Shown piece after piece: positions 41,293 to 51,971 of a stretch of 64,000 bases of DNA; position 1 is the stretch's first letter; every line of letters begins with the position of its first letter. The notes under the pieces are model-generated. The model had not been told where the DNA came from and did no database searches. It was given only the letters and a program-made list of their open reading frames with translations. The position numbers and the translations under genes were made by a program. Origin of the DNA: Myxococcota bacterium (GTDB lineage: Bacteria > Myxococcota_A > UBA796 > UBA2385); NCBI GenBank assembly GCA_044344255.1, contig JBIJDH010000003.1, positions 160,001 through 224,000 on the forward strand. The letters are read 5' to 3'.

Positions 41293-41804
41293 GTGCGGTT
41301 CCGTTCGTTGGGCGCGGCCTCCGAGGGCGAGGGGGACGCGGGAGGGGCCAGGGGCGGCGCAGCCGCCGCGGCCTGCGCGGTGGTGTGGCGGTGCGTGATG
41401 CGGTGGTTCCACAGCGCGGCGATCAGCCCCGCCCCGGCAGCAGCAGGGACGAGGACGTGCCAATAGGAGATCAGCATGATGCCCACATATTTCCAGGTCG
41501 TGGCGCTCCACTCGGGCGGCCAGAACGTGAAGTACATGAACAGGGCGGTCACGCCTGCGAGGCAGGCCACGACAGGGGCCAGGAAGCGGGGGAGCTTCGA
41601 CCAGGCCAGCACGGGGCCCCAGAGGATCGTGGTGGAGAGGGCGGCCAGCGCCCCCTGCCAGATCACCGTGTCGTTGAACGCGTCCCAGATGGAGGTGTTT
41701 GCGTTGGACACCAAGATGGCGAGGGTCGCCAACCAGCCCGCGAGGGCGAAGGTCGCCCCGACGCGGGCCACCCGGAGGGCGTAGAACAGCGCGGAGGGTC
41801 CCAT
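41289..41804 (-). CDS. Hypothetical four-TM membrane protein
   Basis: C-terminal 171 aa of the long ORF has four hydrophobic segments; stop overlaps the gpmI start (ATGA). Confidence 0.65.
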
Positions 41805-41900
41805 GGGTCGAGCATACTCGGTTGCGGGGGCCAGCGCCGGGCTCGGGGCGCCTGGGGCCAGACCGGATAGACATTGCGCCCGCTGGCGCGGAGGTGTGCG

Positions 41901-43121
41901 ATGAGCGGCAGGGTCGTGATCATCGGCGGAGGCATCACTGGGACCCTCACCTCCGTGCGTCTGCGGCGGGCGGGTTGGCAGGTGACCCTGCTCGAAGCGA
42001 GGCACATTGGCGCGGGCTCCTCCTCGCGGACCGCCGCGGGCATCCGTCAACAGTTCTCCACCCCCGAGACCGTCCTCGGGATGCGCTACTCGGTCGATGT
42101 GTACCGCCGCTTCCCCGAGGAGGTGGGCGGCATGATCGTCCCCATCGTGGAGAACGGCTACCTCTTCCTCCTTGACTCCGCGGAGGCGCTTGAGCAGGCG
42201 AGGGTCCGTGTGGCGATGCAGCGCCGAGTCGGGCTGTCGGAGGTCGAGCTCCTCGATCGGGCGTCCGCTGTGGAGCGCTTCTCGTATGTCGACGGGGAGC
42301 GGATCGTCGGCGCGACCTGGTGTCCCTCCGACGGCTTCCTCCGCCCGGAGGTGGTCTACGGAGAGGCGGCGGCCTCGGCCCGGGCGCGGGGAGTGGAGAT
42401 CTTGCAGTCGGCCCCGGTCGAGCAGGGGCGCCACCAGGGCGATCGGCTGGTGGCGGTGAGGGCCGGAGACCGGTGGTTTGAGGCGGATCTGTTCGTCGAC
42501 GCTACCAATGCATGGAGCCAGCGCACCGCCCTGGCCCTCGGCGCCACGCGCCTTCCGATCGACCCCTTGAAGCGCTACCTCTGGTTCCTGCCCCGGGCGG
42601 GCGCCTTGTCCGGGGCGGACTTGCATCGCATGCCGATGGTGGTGACGCCCGGCGGCGCCTACTGCCACCCGGAGAACGCCGACACGCTCATGACCGGCTG
42701 GGCCCACGAGGCCCGCCCCGAGCCCGACTTCCGCGATGAAGATCAGGACCAGATCGGCGCCGAGTTTGACCACCGCAGCGGCACCGAGACCAAGGGCTAC
42801 GAGACCTGGGCCGAGCTCGCCGGCTTCGTCCCGTCGCTGGCGGACTTCGCCGGCATCCATGCCACCACGAGCGGCTTCTACGGTAGCACCCCCGATCACA
42901 ACCCCTTCCTCGGCTTTGATCCGGCCGTCCCGAACCTGATGCGGCTCGTCGGCTTCAGCGGCCACGGCGCGATGTTCGGGCCTTTCACGGCCCGGGTTGC
43001 GGACGCCCTCGCCGAGGCCGGCCATGACCTCGACTCCATCTCCGTGCTCGACGGGGTCGCCTCGCTCCGGCCGTTCCAGCTCGGACGGACATTTGTGCAC
43101 GGCGAGCACATGGTGATCTGA
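41901..43121 (+). CDS. FAD-dependent oxidoreductase, DAO/sarcosine oxidase beta family
   Basis: IIGGGITG, SSSRTAAGIRQQFS, STPDHNPFLG, GFSGHGAMFGP; GGAGG SD. Confidence 0.88.
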   Translation: MSGRVVIIGGGITGTLTSVRLRRAGWQVTLLEARHIGAGSSSRTAAGIRQQFSTPETVLGMRYSVDVYRRFPEEVGGMIVPIVENGYLFLLDSAEALEQARVRVAMQRRVGLSEVELLDRASAVERFSYVDGERIVGATWCPSDGFLRPEVVYGEAAASARARGVEILQSAPVEQGRHQGDRLVAVRAGDRWFEADLFVDATNAWSQRTALALGATRLPIDPLKRYLWFLPRAGALSGADLHRMPMVVTPGGAYCHPENADTLMTGWAHEARPEPDFRDEDQDQIGAEFDHRSGTETKGYETWAELAGFVPSLADFAGIHATTSGFYGSTPDHNPFLGFDPAVPNLMRLVGFSGHGAMFGPFTARVADALAEAGHDLDSISVLDGVASLRPFQLGRTFVHGEHMVI

Positions 43122-43150
43122 ACTCGGTGATCTGAACAGGGTGATCTGAA
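43112..43150. repeat. Three direct repeats of GGTGATCTGAA at 14-bp period
   Basis: Copies start at 43112, 43126 and 43140; the first includes the oxidoreductase stop codon. Confidence 0.88.
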
Positions 43151-43227
43151 AGGGGGCCTCCGCGGGCGGGGCCGTGGGGCCCGGCGCGCGGGCGGGTGTT
43201 AGAGCGCGCAGCTTCGAGGGAGAGGTC

Positions 43228-45495
<2,268 letters not shown>

Positions 45496-45572
45496 TCCCG
45501 GCGGCGTCGCCCTCCCCGGCCTGAGGTTCGGGGAGCGGTGGTGGCTGGCCGGTCACGAGCTCGGAGGCCGAT

Positions 45573-46121
45573 TCACTCGCAGGCGGCGTTCGCGCTCTCG
45601 ACCCCGCTCACCTCGAGGGGCGGAGAGACGTTGCCGTGGTTGTCCACCACGGAGACCGCGAAGGTGTAGGCGCTCACGTTGGCGCAGGCCACGTTGTCGT
45701 CAAGCTCGCTGAAGGTGCCGGTGCAGGAGCCATCGCGGCAGACGATGGCGTAGGTCGCGAGCTCGGTGCCGCTCTGGGAGACCGTGACGCCGCTGTCGTA
45801 GAGGCTCTCGATGGTGTCGGCCCCCTGCGGGTCATCGACGGTGGCCGAGACGGCCCAGTAATAGGCGCCGTCGCTCACGTTCGGGTAGCAGCAGACCTTC
45901 GCCGAGAGCACCTCGGGGGACTCACCGTCCCCGCCGTCGGTGCCGTCCGTCCCGTCGGTGCCGTCCGTCCCGTCCGTCCCGTCCGTCCCGTCGCTGGCGC
46001 CGCCGGAGTCTGCGACATCGGCCTTGGCCTTGTCACAGGCCGCCGCGAGCAGGGTGAACGCGAGCAGGGTGAACGCGAGCAGGGAGAACCTGAGGGTGCT
46101 CAGCAGGTAGGCAGATCTCAT
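45573..46121 (-). CDS. Lipoprotein with DGT-repeat linker and Cys-containing beta domain
   Basis: LAAAC lipobox; (DGT)6 linker; domain aligns by eye with the upstream neighbour. Confidence 0.7.
   Translation of the reverse strand: MRSAYLLSTLRFSLLAFTLLAFTLLAAACDKAKADVADSGGASDGTDGTDGTDGTDGTDGTDGGDGESPEVLSAKVCCYPNVSDGAYYWAVSATVDDPQGADTIESLYDSGVTVSQSGTELATYAIVCRDGSCTGTFSELDDNVACANVSAYTFAVSVVDNHGNVSPPLEVSGVESANAACE
45934..45993 (-). repeat. Imperfect 9-bp coding repeat (Asp-Gly-Thr)n
   Basis: GACGGGACG/GACGGCACC units on the minus strand. Confidence 0.8.
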
Positions 46122-46584
46122 CGTCTACTCCGGGTTGAACGCGGCCTGAGGCGTCCGTGCCCTGGTGGCCCGTCACGACGAGGGGCTCGGACCAGTGGCC
46201 GTCCACGTCGAGCACGCGGATGGTGAAAGAATACGTGGCGGCCTCTTCGCAGAGCACGCCGTCGGCGCTGGCGTCCCAGGCCCCCGAGCACCGCCCGTCG
46301 CCGCCGCAGACGAGGCTGTACACGGCGACGTCTTCGCCCTCGCGGGAGGCGACGACGCCGTCCTCGACGATGGACTCGACGGTGTCGGCCCCCTGGACGT
46401 CGAGGAAGGTGACGGCGGCGGCCCAAGAGGTCCCTTCGTAGCACCAGACGTCCGCCTCGAGCACCTCCGGCGCTGCGTTGGGGTCGACCGAGGCCGTGTC
46501 TCCCGTCTCGGTGAGGAAGGCGCCAGCGCAGCCGGAGAGAGCGGCGAGCAGGCCGATCCAGAGGGGAGGGGAAGCCGGAGTCAT
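46033..46584 (-). CDS. Lipoprotein, tandem paralog of 45573-46121
   Basis: LSGC lipobox; PEVLEADVWCY..DVQGADTVES..LVCGGDGRCSG..VLC..YSFTIRVLDVDGHWSEPL. Confidence 0.68.
   Translation of the reverse strand: MTPASPPLWIGLLAALSGCAGAFLTETGDTASVDPNAAPEVLEADVWCYEGTSWAAAVTFLDVQGADTVESIVEDGVVASREGEDVAVYSLVCGGDGRCSGAWDASADGVLCEEAATYSFTIRVLDVDGHWSEPLVVTGHQGTDASGRVQPGVDDEICLPAEHPQVLPARVHPARVHPARGGL
46045..46089. repeat. Three tandem 15-bp units (GCGAGCAGGGWGAAC) in a gene overlap
   Basis: Read directly; encodes F(S/T)LLA x3 in one frame and V(L/H)PAR x3 in the other. Confidence 0.88.
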
Positions 46585-46612
46585 GGGCGGGTAGCTCCGC
46601 GGAGACCATAGC

Positions 46613-47974
46613 CTACGGATGGAGCTGGGCGGAGCGCTGGTCGAAGCCGCGTACGACCTTGGTCAGGTGGGCCCGCCGCCCGCGATCGGTCACCCGCTCC
46701 CGGACCGGGTCGAAGCCGACCGGGAGGCGCTCGAAGCGGGGCTCGGGGCCGAGGGCGCCGCTGCGGGGAGCCCAGGACCACTCCGCGGAGACGCCCTGGG
46801 CGTGCCGGCGGCGGTACCGCTCGCCTCCCTCGATGAAGCAGAGCTGGTTCATGCGGTACTCGGGCCGCGTCCGCCCCGCGTTGTCGTACCAGAAGGCCTC
46901 GAGCTCAGCGGCGGCCCGCTCGGGGGCGGTGAAGAGCGCGTCGGAGCCACCTTCGAGGCCGGCGGCGTGCAGCAGGGCGCCATGCAGGAAGCGGGTGCTC
47001 ACCGGCGCGGCGTGGAGGGCGGGCGCGCCAGCGGGGTCGAGCCAGTACAGGGGCACCCGGCTGCCGGCGTCCGAGACATTGGAGAAGTGGTAGAGCCAGC
47101 CTTGTTCACCGAAGTTTTCACCGTGATCGGACAGAAAGACCACGAGGTTCTCCCCGCCTCGGTGCAGCTCCTCGACGAACTGATCGATCTTGGGCGCGAG
47201 GCGAAGCCAGGCGACGCGCTGCCTGGCCCGGAGCCGCTGGAGCATCGTGTCGGAGAAGTGTCGTTCTCCGTCGATCATCCACGTCTGGTTCACGAGGTGG
47301 AAGAGGGCGTACAGCTCGGAGAGGCCCTCCGCATAGCCCCGACCGAGGGTCTCGAGGCGCGGGCCGACGTGGTAGGGGAAGTGGGTCTCCATCAAGTTCA
47401 GGAAGAGGAAACTCTGCTTCCCAGACCGCTTTGTCGCGGCGATGCGGGCCCGGGCGCGATCGAAGATCGCCTCGGCGGTGTCCTGCAGCCAGACCTTGGA
47501 GGCGGAGACGTCGAGGGCGAGCTGTCCGGCGAGGTAGCGGGGGGAGAGGAGGCGCTCGCGGACCCTCGGGCGGGCGATCAGCGCCAGGAATTCTTCGAGG
47601 CGGGCGGCGTCGGGCCTCACCATGGTCCAGATTCGCTCGACCTCGTCAAAGCCGCGGTGCAGGCCGAAGATATCGGTGGTGGCCACGTTCGCGGTGATCT
47701 GTGCCGTCGACCAGCCCGCCTCTCGGAGGCGCTCGGCGACGGTGGGGAGGCCCGGCGGGAGCATGCGAGATTGGCTGGTGGCGCCGTGTTCGTGGGGCAG
47801 CAGACCCGTGAAGATCGAGGCCGTTGCGGGCAAGGTCCAGCACCCCGCAGAACGGGCCTCCGAGAAGGCGGCGGCGTGGGCTTGGACGTAGGGCAGGCCG
47901 GTGGCGCCGCTGGTGACCGAGTCGTAGCGGAGGCTGTCGGCCACGATGAAGATGATGTTGCGTGGGCCGACCAC
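46613..47974 (-). CDS. Sulfatase-like hydrolase/transferase (alkaline phosphatase superfamily)
   Basis: NIIFIVADSLRYD, WTLPATASIFTG, NLMETHFPY, LSDHGENFGE..YH, RVPL. Confidence 0.8.
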   Translation of the reverse strand: MVGPRNIIFIVADSLRYDSVTSGATGLPYVQAHAAAFSEARSAGCWTLPATASIFTGLLPHEHGATSQSRMLPPGLPTVAERLREAGWSTAQITANVATTDIFGLHRGFDEVERIWTMVRPDAARLEEFLALIARPRVRERLLSPRYLAGQLALDVSASKVWLQDTAEAIFDRARARIAATKRSGKQSFLFLNLMETHFPYHVGPRLETLGRGYAEGLSELYALFHLVNQTWMIDGERHFSDTMLQRLRARQRVAWLRLAPKIDQFVEELHRGGENLVVFLSDHGENFGEQGWLYHFSNVSDAGSRVPLYWLDPAGAPALHAAPVSTRFLHGALLHAAGLEGGSDALFTAPERAAAELEAFWYDNAGRTRPEYRMNQLCFIEGGERYRRRHAQGVSAEWSWAPRSGALGPEPRFERLPVGFDPVRERVTDRGRRAHLTKVVRGFDQRSAQLHP

Positions 47975-48087
47975 CGTCCCTCCGGTCGGGGCGGCCCCTA
48001 TCCCGCCGAGCCAACCCGGCGGGCTCCGGCGGAGGCCCTGGGGGACCGATCGCGACCCGGGGCCCCGCGCTCCTTCCCTGTAAGAGA

Positions 48088-48116
48088 TTGACAGCCGGCC
48101 AGTCCGATCGGATCAT
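48088..48116 (+). promoter_or_regulatory. Sigma70-like promoter of rho
   Basis: Perfect TTGACA, N17, GATCAT; about 110 nt upstream of the ATG. Confidence 0.5.
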
Positions 48117-48225
48117 CACGCTCCCCGCTCTCGGTCGGCGCTTCGATCGGGACTCCGGTCGGGACACACGTCGCAAGTCGGCTGTGATCATCGATCGCCC
48201 TCCTCCCTCCCGCTCTCCGTGCCCA

Positions 48226-49440
48226 ATGCCCCTCGATCTCACTGATCTACGCGCTCGGCGCATCCCTGAACTCGTCGCATTGGCCCGCGACCAGGGCGTG
48301 GACAACGCCGCCGGGCTGAAGAAGCAGGAGCTGATCTTCGAGCTCATCCGTCGTCAGGCGGGCGCGGCCGGCGCGAACGGATCGGGGGTGCTCGAGACCC
48401 TCCCCGACGGCTTTGGTTTCTTGCGGTCCCCGGACTGCAATTACCTGCCTGGCCCTGACGACATCTACGTCTCCCCCTCGCAGATCCGGCGCTTCAACCT
48501 CCGGACGGGAGACCTCGTCCGCGGGGCGGTCCGAGCGCCCAAGGAAGGAGAGCGGTATTTCGCCTTGATCAAGATCGAGGCGATCAACGACCGATCACCC
48601 GACACCGAGCGCGAGAAGCTGCTCTTCGACAATTTTACATCGGTGCCGAGCGGGCGGCACCTCCAGCTCGCCGGCCCCGAATCGCCGGCCTCATTGCAGC
48701 TCCTCGATCGCCACGCCCCGATCGGCTTCGGCCACCGGGTCGCCCTCTTCGGCCCCTCGGCCTCGGGCCGGACCACTCTCCTGCGAGAGATGGCCGAGGG
48801 GGTCCTCGCCCAGCAACCGGGCGCGTACGTCATCGTGGTGCTGGTCGATGAGCGGCCGGAGGAGGTCACCGAGATGCAGCGCGTGCTGCGGGCCGAGGTG
48901 CTCTCCTCCACCTTCGACGAGCCGGCGACCCGCCACGTGCAGGTGGCGGACATGGCCCTCGAGCGGGCGAAGCGCATGGTGGAGCAGGGCCGCGACGTGG
49001 TGCTGTTCATCGACTCTCTCTCGCGCCTCGCGCGGGCCTACAACGCCACCGTGCCCCCCGGTGGCAAGATGTTGCACGGGGTGGTGGACGTGACGGCGAT
49101 CCACCGGGCGCGCCGGTACTTCGGCGCGGGGCGCTGTCTCGAGGAGGGGGGGAGCCTGACGGTGGTGGCTGCGGTCCTCACCGGAAGCGACTCCCCGGTC
49201 GATCAGGCCCTGATCGAGGAGCTTGAGGGCACCGCAAACGCCGAGCTGCGCCTCGACGCCTCGCTGGCCATGCGCGGCCTCTACCCCGCGTTTGACCTCC
49301 ACCGCTTCCGGGCCCGGCAGACGAGCCGCCTGGATCCGGCGGGGGAGGCCGAACGTCGGGCCCTCCGCGCCGAGCTCACGGGGGACGTGCTGCAGGATCA
49401 GCCGCTCGCCCTCCGACGCCTGGGCGGCGTCGCCAGCTGA
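48226..49440 (+). CDS. rho: Transcription termination factor Rho homolog with divergent ATPase domain
   Basis: GLKKQELIF, DGFGFLR, DIYVSPSQIRRFNLRTGD, DERPEEVTEM, STFDEP, RLARAYN, EEGGSLT. Walker A reads GPSASGRT. Synteny rho-rpmE-DUF1385-prfA. Confidence 0.88.
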   Translation: MPLDLTDLRARRIPELVALARDQGVDNAAGLKKQELIFELIRRQAGAAGANGSGVLETLPDGFGFLRSPDCNYLPGPDDIYVSPSQIRRFNLRTGDLVRGAVRAPKEGERYFALIKIEAINDRSPDTEREKLLFDNFTSVPSGRHLQLAGPESPASLQLLDRHAPIGFGHRVALFGPSASGRTTLLREMAEGVLAQQPGAYVIVVLVDERPEEVTEMQRVLRAEVLSSTFDEPATRHVQVADMALERAKRMVEQGRDVVLFIDSLSRLARAYNATVPPGGKMLHGVVDVTAIHRARRYFGAGRCLEEGGSLTVVAAVLTGSDSPVDQALIEELEGTANAELRLDASLAMRGLYPAFDLHRFRARQTSRLDPAGEAERRALRAELTGDVLQDQPLALRRLGGVAS

Positions 49441-49470
49441 AGCCGGCGGGCCCCCGCGCCGCGCCGGCTT
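49440..49470 (+). terminator. GC hairpin after rho, overlapping a TTGACA (49469-49474) upstream of rpmE
   Basis: AAGCCGGCG...CGCCGGCTT inverted repeat; no long U tract. Confidence 0.35.
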
Positions 49471-49541
49471 GACATCCGGCATCCGGTGGGCAAAGAGAGG
49501 GGCCCTGTCCGATTCAGAGCCTGCCTCAGGAGGCACCGATC

Positions 49542-49745
49542 ATGCGCGCCGAGATCCACCCCGCTTACAATGAATGCAATGTTTCCTGCGCCTGCGGGAA
49601 CAAGTTCACCACCCGCTCCACGGTCAACACGATCCGCGTTGAAATTTGCAACGCCTGCCACCCCTTCTTCACGGGCAAGCAGAAGATGATCGACACCGCC
49701 GGTCGCGTCGAGCGCTTCATGAAGAAGTACAAGATCGAGGCCTGA
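49542..49745 (+). CDS. rpmE: 50S ribosomal protein L31 (zinc-binding type)
   Basis: [36 protein letters not shown]. Confidence 0.97.
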   Translation: MRAEIHPAYNECNVSCACGNKFTTRSTVNTIRVEICNACHPFFTGKQKMIDTAGRVERFMKKYKIEA

Positions 49746-49782
49746 GGCGGCGGCGCGGGCCTGAGCGAGGGAGGAGGACGCC

Positions 49783-50838
49783 GTGTCCACGCAGCTTTCT
49801 CCGCCTCCTATCGCTGGGGCCCGCCCCTACATCGGTGGCCAGGCGGTCATCGAGGGCGTCATGATGCGCGCGCCGCGCGCGGTCGCGGTGGCGGCGCGTC
49901 GCCCGGACGGGCAGATCACGATCGTGAGCTGGCCCTACCGCCCAATCACCGACCGCATGCCCTTCCTCAAGCTCCCCGTGCTTCGTGGCGCGGTGATCAT
50001 GGTCGAGTCGCTGGTGGTCGGCATGAAGGCCTTGTCTTGGTCGGCCGAGCAGGCCGGCGAGGCGGAGGCCGCGCCCGTCGATCCGACGATCTCCGTCGAG
50101 GAGCAGAAGCGGAAGGAGAAGCTGGCGATCGCCGGTACGCTCGCTACTTCGATGGCCCTCGGTATGGCCTTCTTCGTGGCCCTGCCCCACCTGCTCACCG
50201 CCGGCCTCGGCAAGGTGACGGGCCTGCCGCTGAGCCCCGACGATCCGCTCTTCCACCTCGTGGATGGGCTCATCAAGGCCGCGCTCTTCCTCGGCTATTT
50301 GGGCGTGATCGGTCGGATGAAGGAGATCCAGCGGGTCTTCCAGTACCACGGCGCCGAGCACATGAGCATCTACGCCTGGGAGGCGGGGCTCGAGCTCAAC
50401 GTCGAGAACGTGCGTCGCTGGACCCGCTTCCACCCGCGCTGCGGCACGAGCTTCCTGCTCTTCGTGGTGCTGGCGTCGATCGCGGTCTTCACGCCGGTCT
50501 TCGCCCTATTGCCGCCGATCCCGGTGGAGAACACGGTGCTCAAGAACTTGATCCAGGTCCTGATCAAGATCCCGCTGATGATGCCGGTGGCGGGCCTCTC
50601 CTATGAGGCGATCCGCGCCTCGTCTCGCTTCTACCAGTTCGCCGTCTGTCGGTGGATGTCACAGCCTGGGCTCTGGATGCAGCGCCTCACCACCCGCGAG
50701 CCCGAGGACGCCCAGCTCGAGGTGGCGATCGCCAGCTTGAAGGCGGCCTGGGCCTGCCACGAGCTACAAGGGGTCGCCGACCTCGGTCTGGAGGGAGAGG
50801 CCTTCCGCACCGGCGCCGCTGCCGTCGCCGGTTCGTAG
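49783..50838 (+). CDS. DUF1385 (YqhQ-like) membrane protein
   Basis: GGQAVIEGVMM, FQYHGAEH, HPRCGTSF, LTTREP. Confidence 0.9.
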   Translation: MSTQLSPPPIAGARPYIGGQAVIEGVMMRAPRAVAVAARRPDGQITIVSWPYRPITDRMPFLKLPVLRGAVIMVESLVVGMKALSWSAEQAGEAEAAPVDPTISVEEQKRKEKLAIAGTLATSMALGMAFFVALPHLLTAGLGKVTGLPLSPDDPLFHLVDGLIKAALFLGYLGVIGRMKEIQRVFQYHGAEHMSIYAWEAGLELNVENVRRWTRFHPRCGTSFLLFVVLASIAVFTPVFALLPPIPVENTVLKNLIQVLIKIPLMMPVAGLSYEAIRASSRFYQFAVCRWMSQPGLWMQRLTTREPEDAQLEVAIASLKAAWACHELQGVADLGLEGEAFRTGAAAVAGS

Positions 50839-50851
50839 AGAGGAGTCCCCG

Positions 50852-51949
50852 ATGTTCATGAACCTGAGCGAGGCCGAGGGCCGCTTGGAGTCGATCGACG
50901 CCTCCTTGATGGACCCCGCCGTCGCTGGCAACTCGACGCGCCTTCGGGAGCTCTCTACCGAGCGGGCCCGGCTGGTGCCTGTGGTCCAATGCTGGGCTGA
51001 CCTTGAGCGGGCCCGCGCTGAGCTGGTCGATGTCAAGCAGATGCTCGACGATCCAGAGCTCCGAGAGATGGCCAAGGACGATCTCGGGCGCCTCGAGGTG
51101 GAGATCCCCCGCCTGGAGACGGAGCTCCGCCGCTCCTTGGTGCCCCCCGACCCCTTCGAAGGGCGTGACATCATCCTGGAGGTCCGCGCCGGCACGGGCG
51201 GGGACGAGGCCGCGCTGTTCGCAGCGGATCTCTATCGGATGTACCATCGTTTTTGCGATGCGCACCGCTGGAAGCTGGAGCTCATCAGCCAGTCTGAGAT
51301 CCAGGTCGGCGGCGCCGCCGGGAAGTCGGCCTTGGGCTACCGCGAGGTGATCGTCCAGATCTCGGGGGCCGACAGCTACAAGCACCTCCGCCACGAGTCG
51401 GGCGTCCACCGCGTCCAGCGGGTGCCGCTCACCGAGGCCCAGGGGCGCATCCACACCTCCGCCGCCACGGTCGCGATCATGCCCGTGGCCGAGCTCATCG
51501 AGGTCGACATCCAGGACAAAGACCTCAAGGTCGAGGTGATGCGCGCGGGCGGGCCTGGCGGTCAGTCGGTGAACACCACCGACTCCGCAGTGCGCCTGAC
51601 GCACCTCCCCTCGGGCCTCGTCGTGCAGTGCCAAGATGAGAAATCTCAGACGAAGAACAAGGCGAAGGCGATGAAGGTGCTCGCCGCTCGCCTGCTCGAG
51701 CAGAAGCAGGCGGAGGCCGACGCTACCGCCCGCGACCAGCGGCGGGCCCAGGTGGGCTCGGGGGACCGCTCCGAGCGGATCCGCACCTACAACTTCCCGC
51801 AGAACCGGCTGACCGATCACCGCATCGGCCTCACGCTCTACCAGCTCGATCGCATCATCGAAGGGGAGCTCGACGAGGTGGTGACCGCCCTCAACGATCA
51901 TCTGATGGAGCAGCTCCTGAACGACCTGGGCGGCGGCCGGCCGGCTTGA
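50852..51949 (+). CDS. prfA: Peptide chain release factor 1
   Basis: RAGTGGDEA, RVPLTE (PxT), GGQ, ERIRTYNFPQNR. Confidence 0.96.
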   Translation: MFMNLSEAEGRLESIDASLMDPAVAGNSTRLRELSTERARLVPVVQCWADLERARAELVDVKQMLDDPELREMAKDDLGRLEVEIPRLETELRRSLVPPDPFEGRDIILEVRAGTGGDEAALFAADLYRMYHRFCDAHRWKLELISQSEIQVGGAAGKSALGYREVIVQISGADSYKHLRHESGVHRVQRVPLTEAQGRIHTSAATVAIMPVAELIEVDIQDKDLKVEVMRAGGPGGQSVNTTDSAVRLTHLPSGLVVQCQDEKSQTKNKAKAMKVLAARLLEQKQAEADATARDQRRAQVGSGDRSERIRTYNFPQNRLTDHRIGLTLYQLDRIIEGELDEVVTALNDHLMEQLLNDLGGGRPA

Positions 51950-51971
51950 TCGGGCGGGCCTGCGTCGCCGA

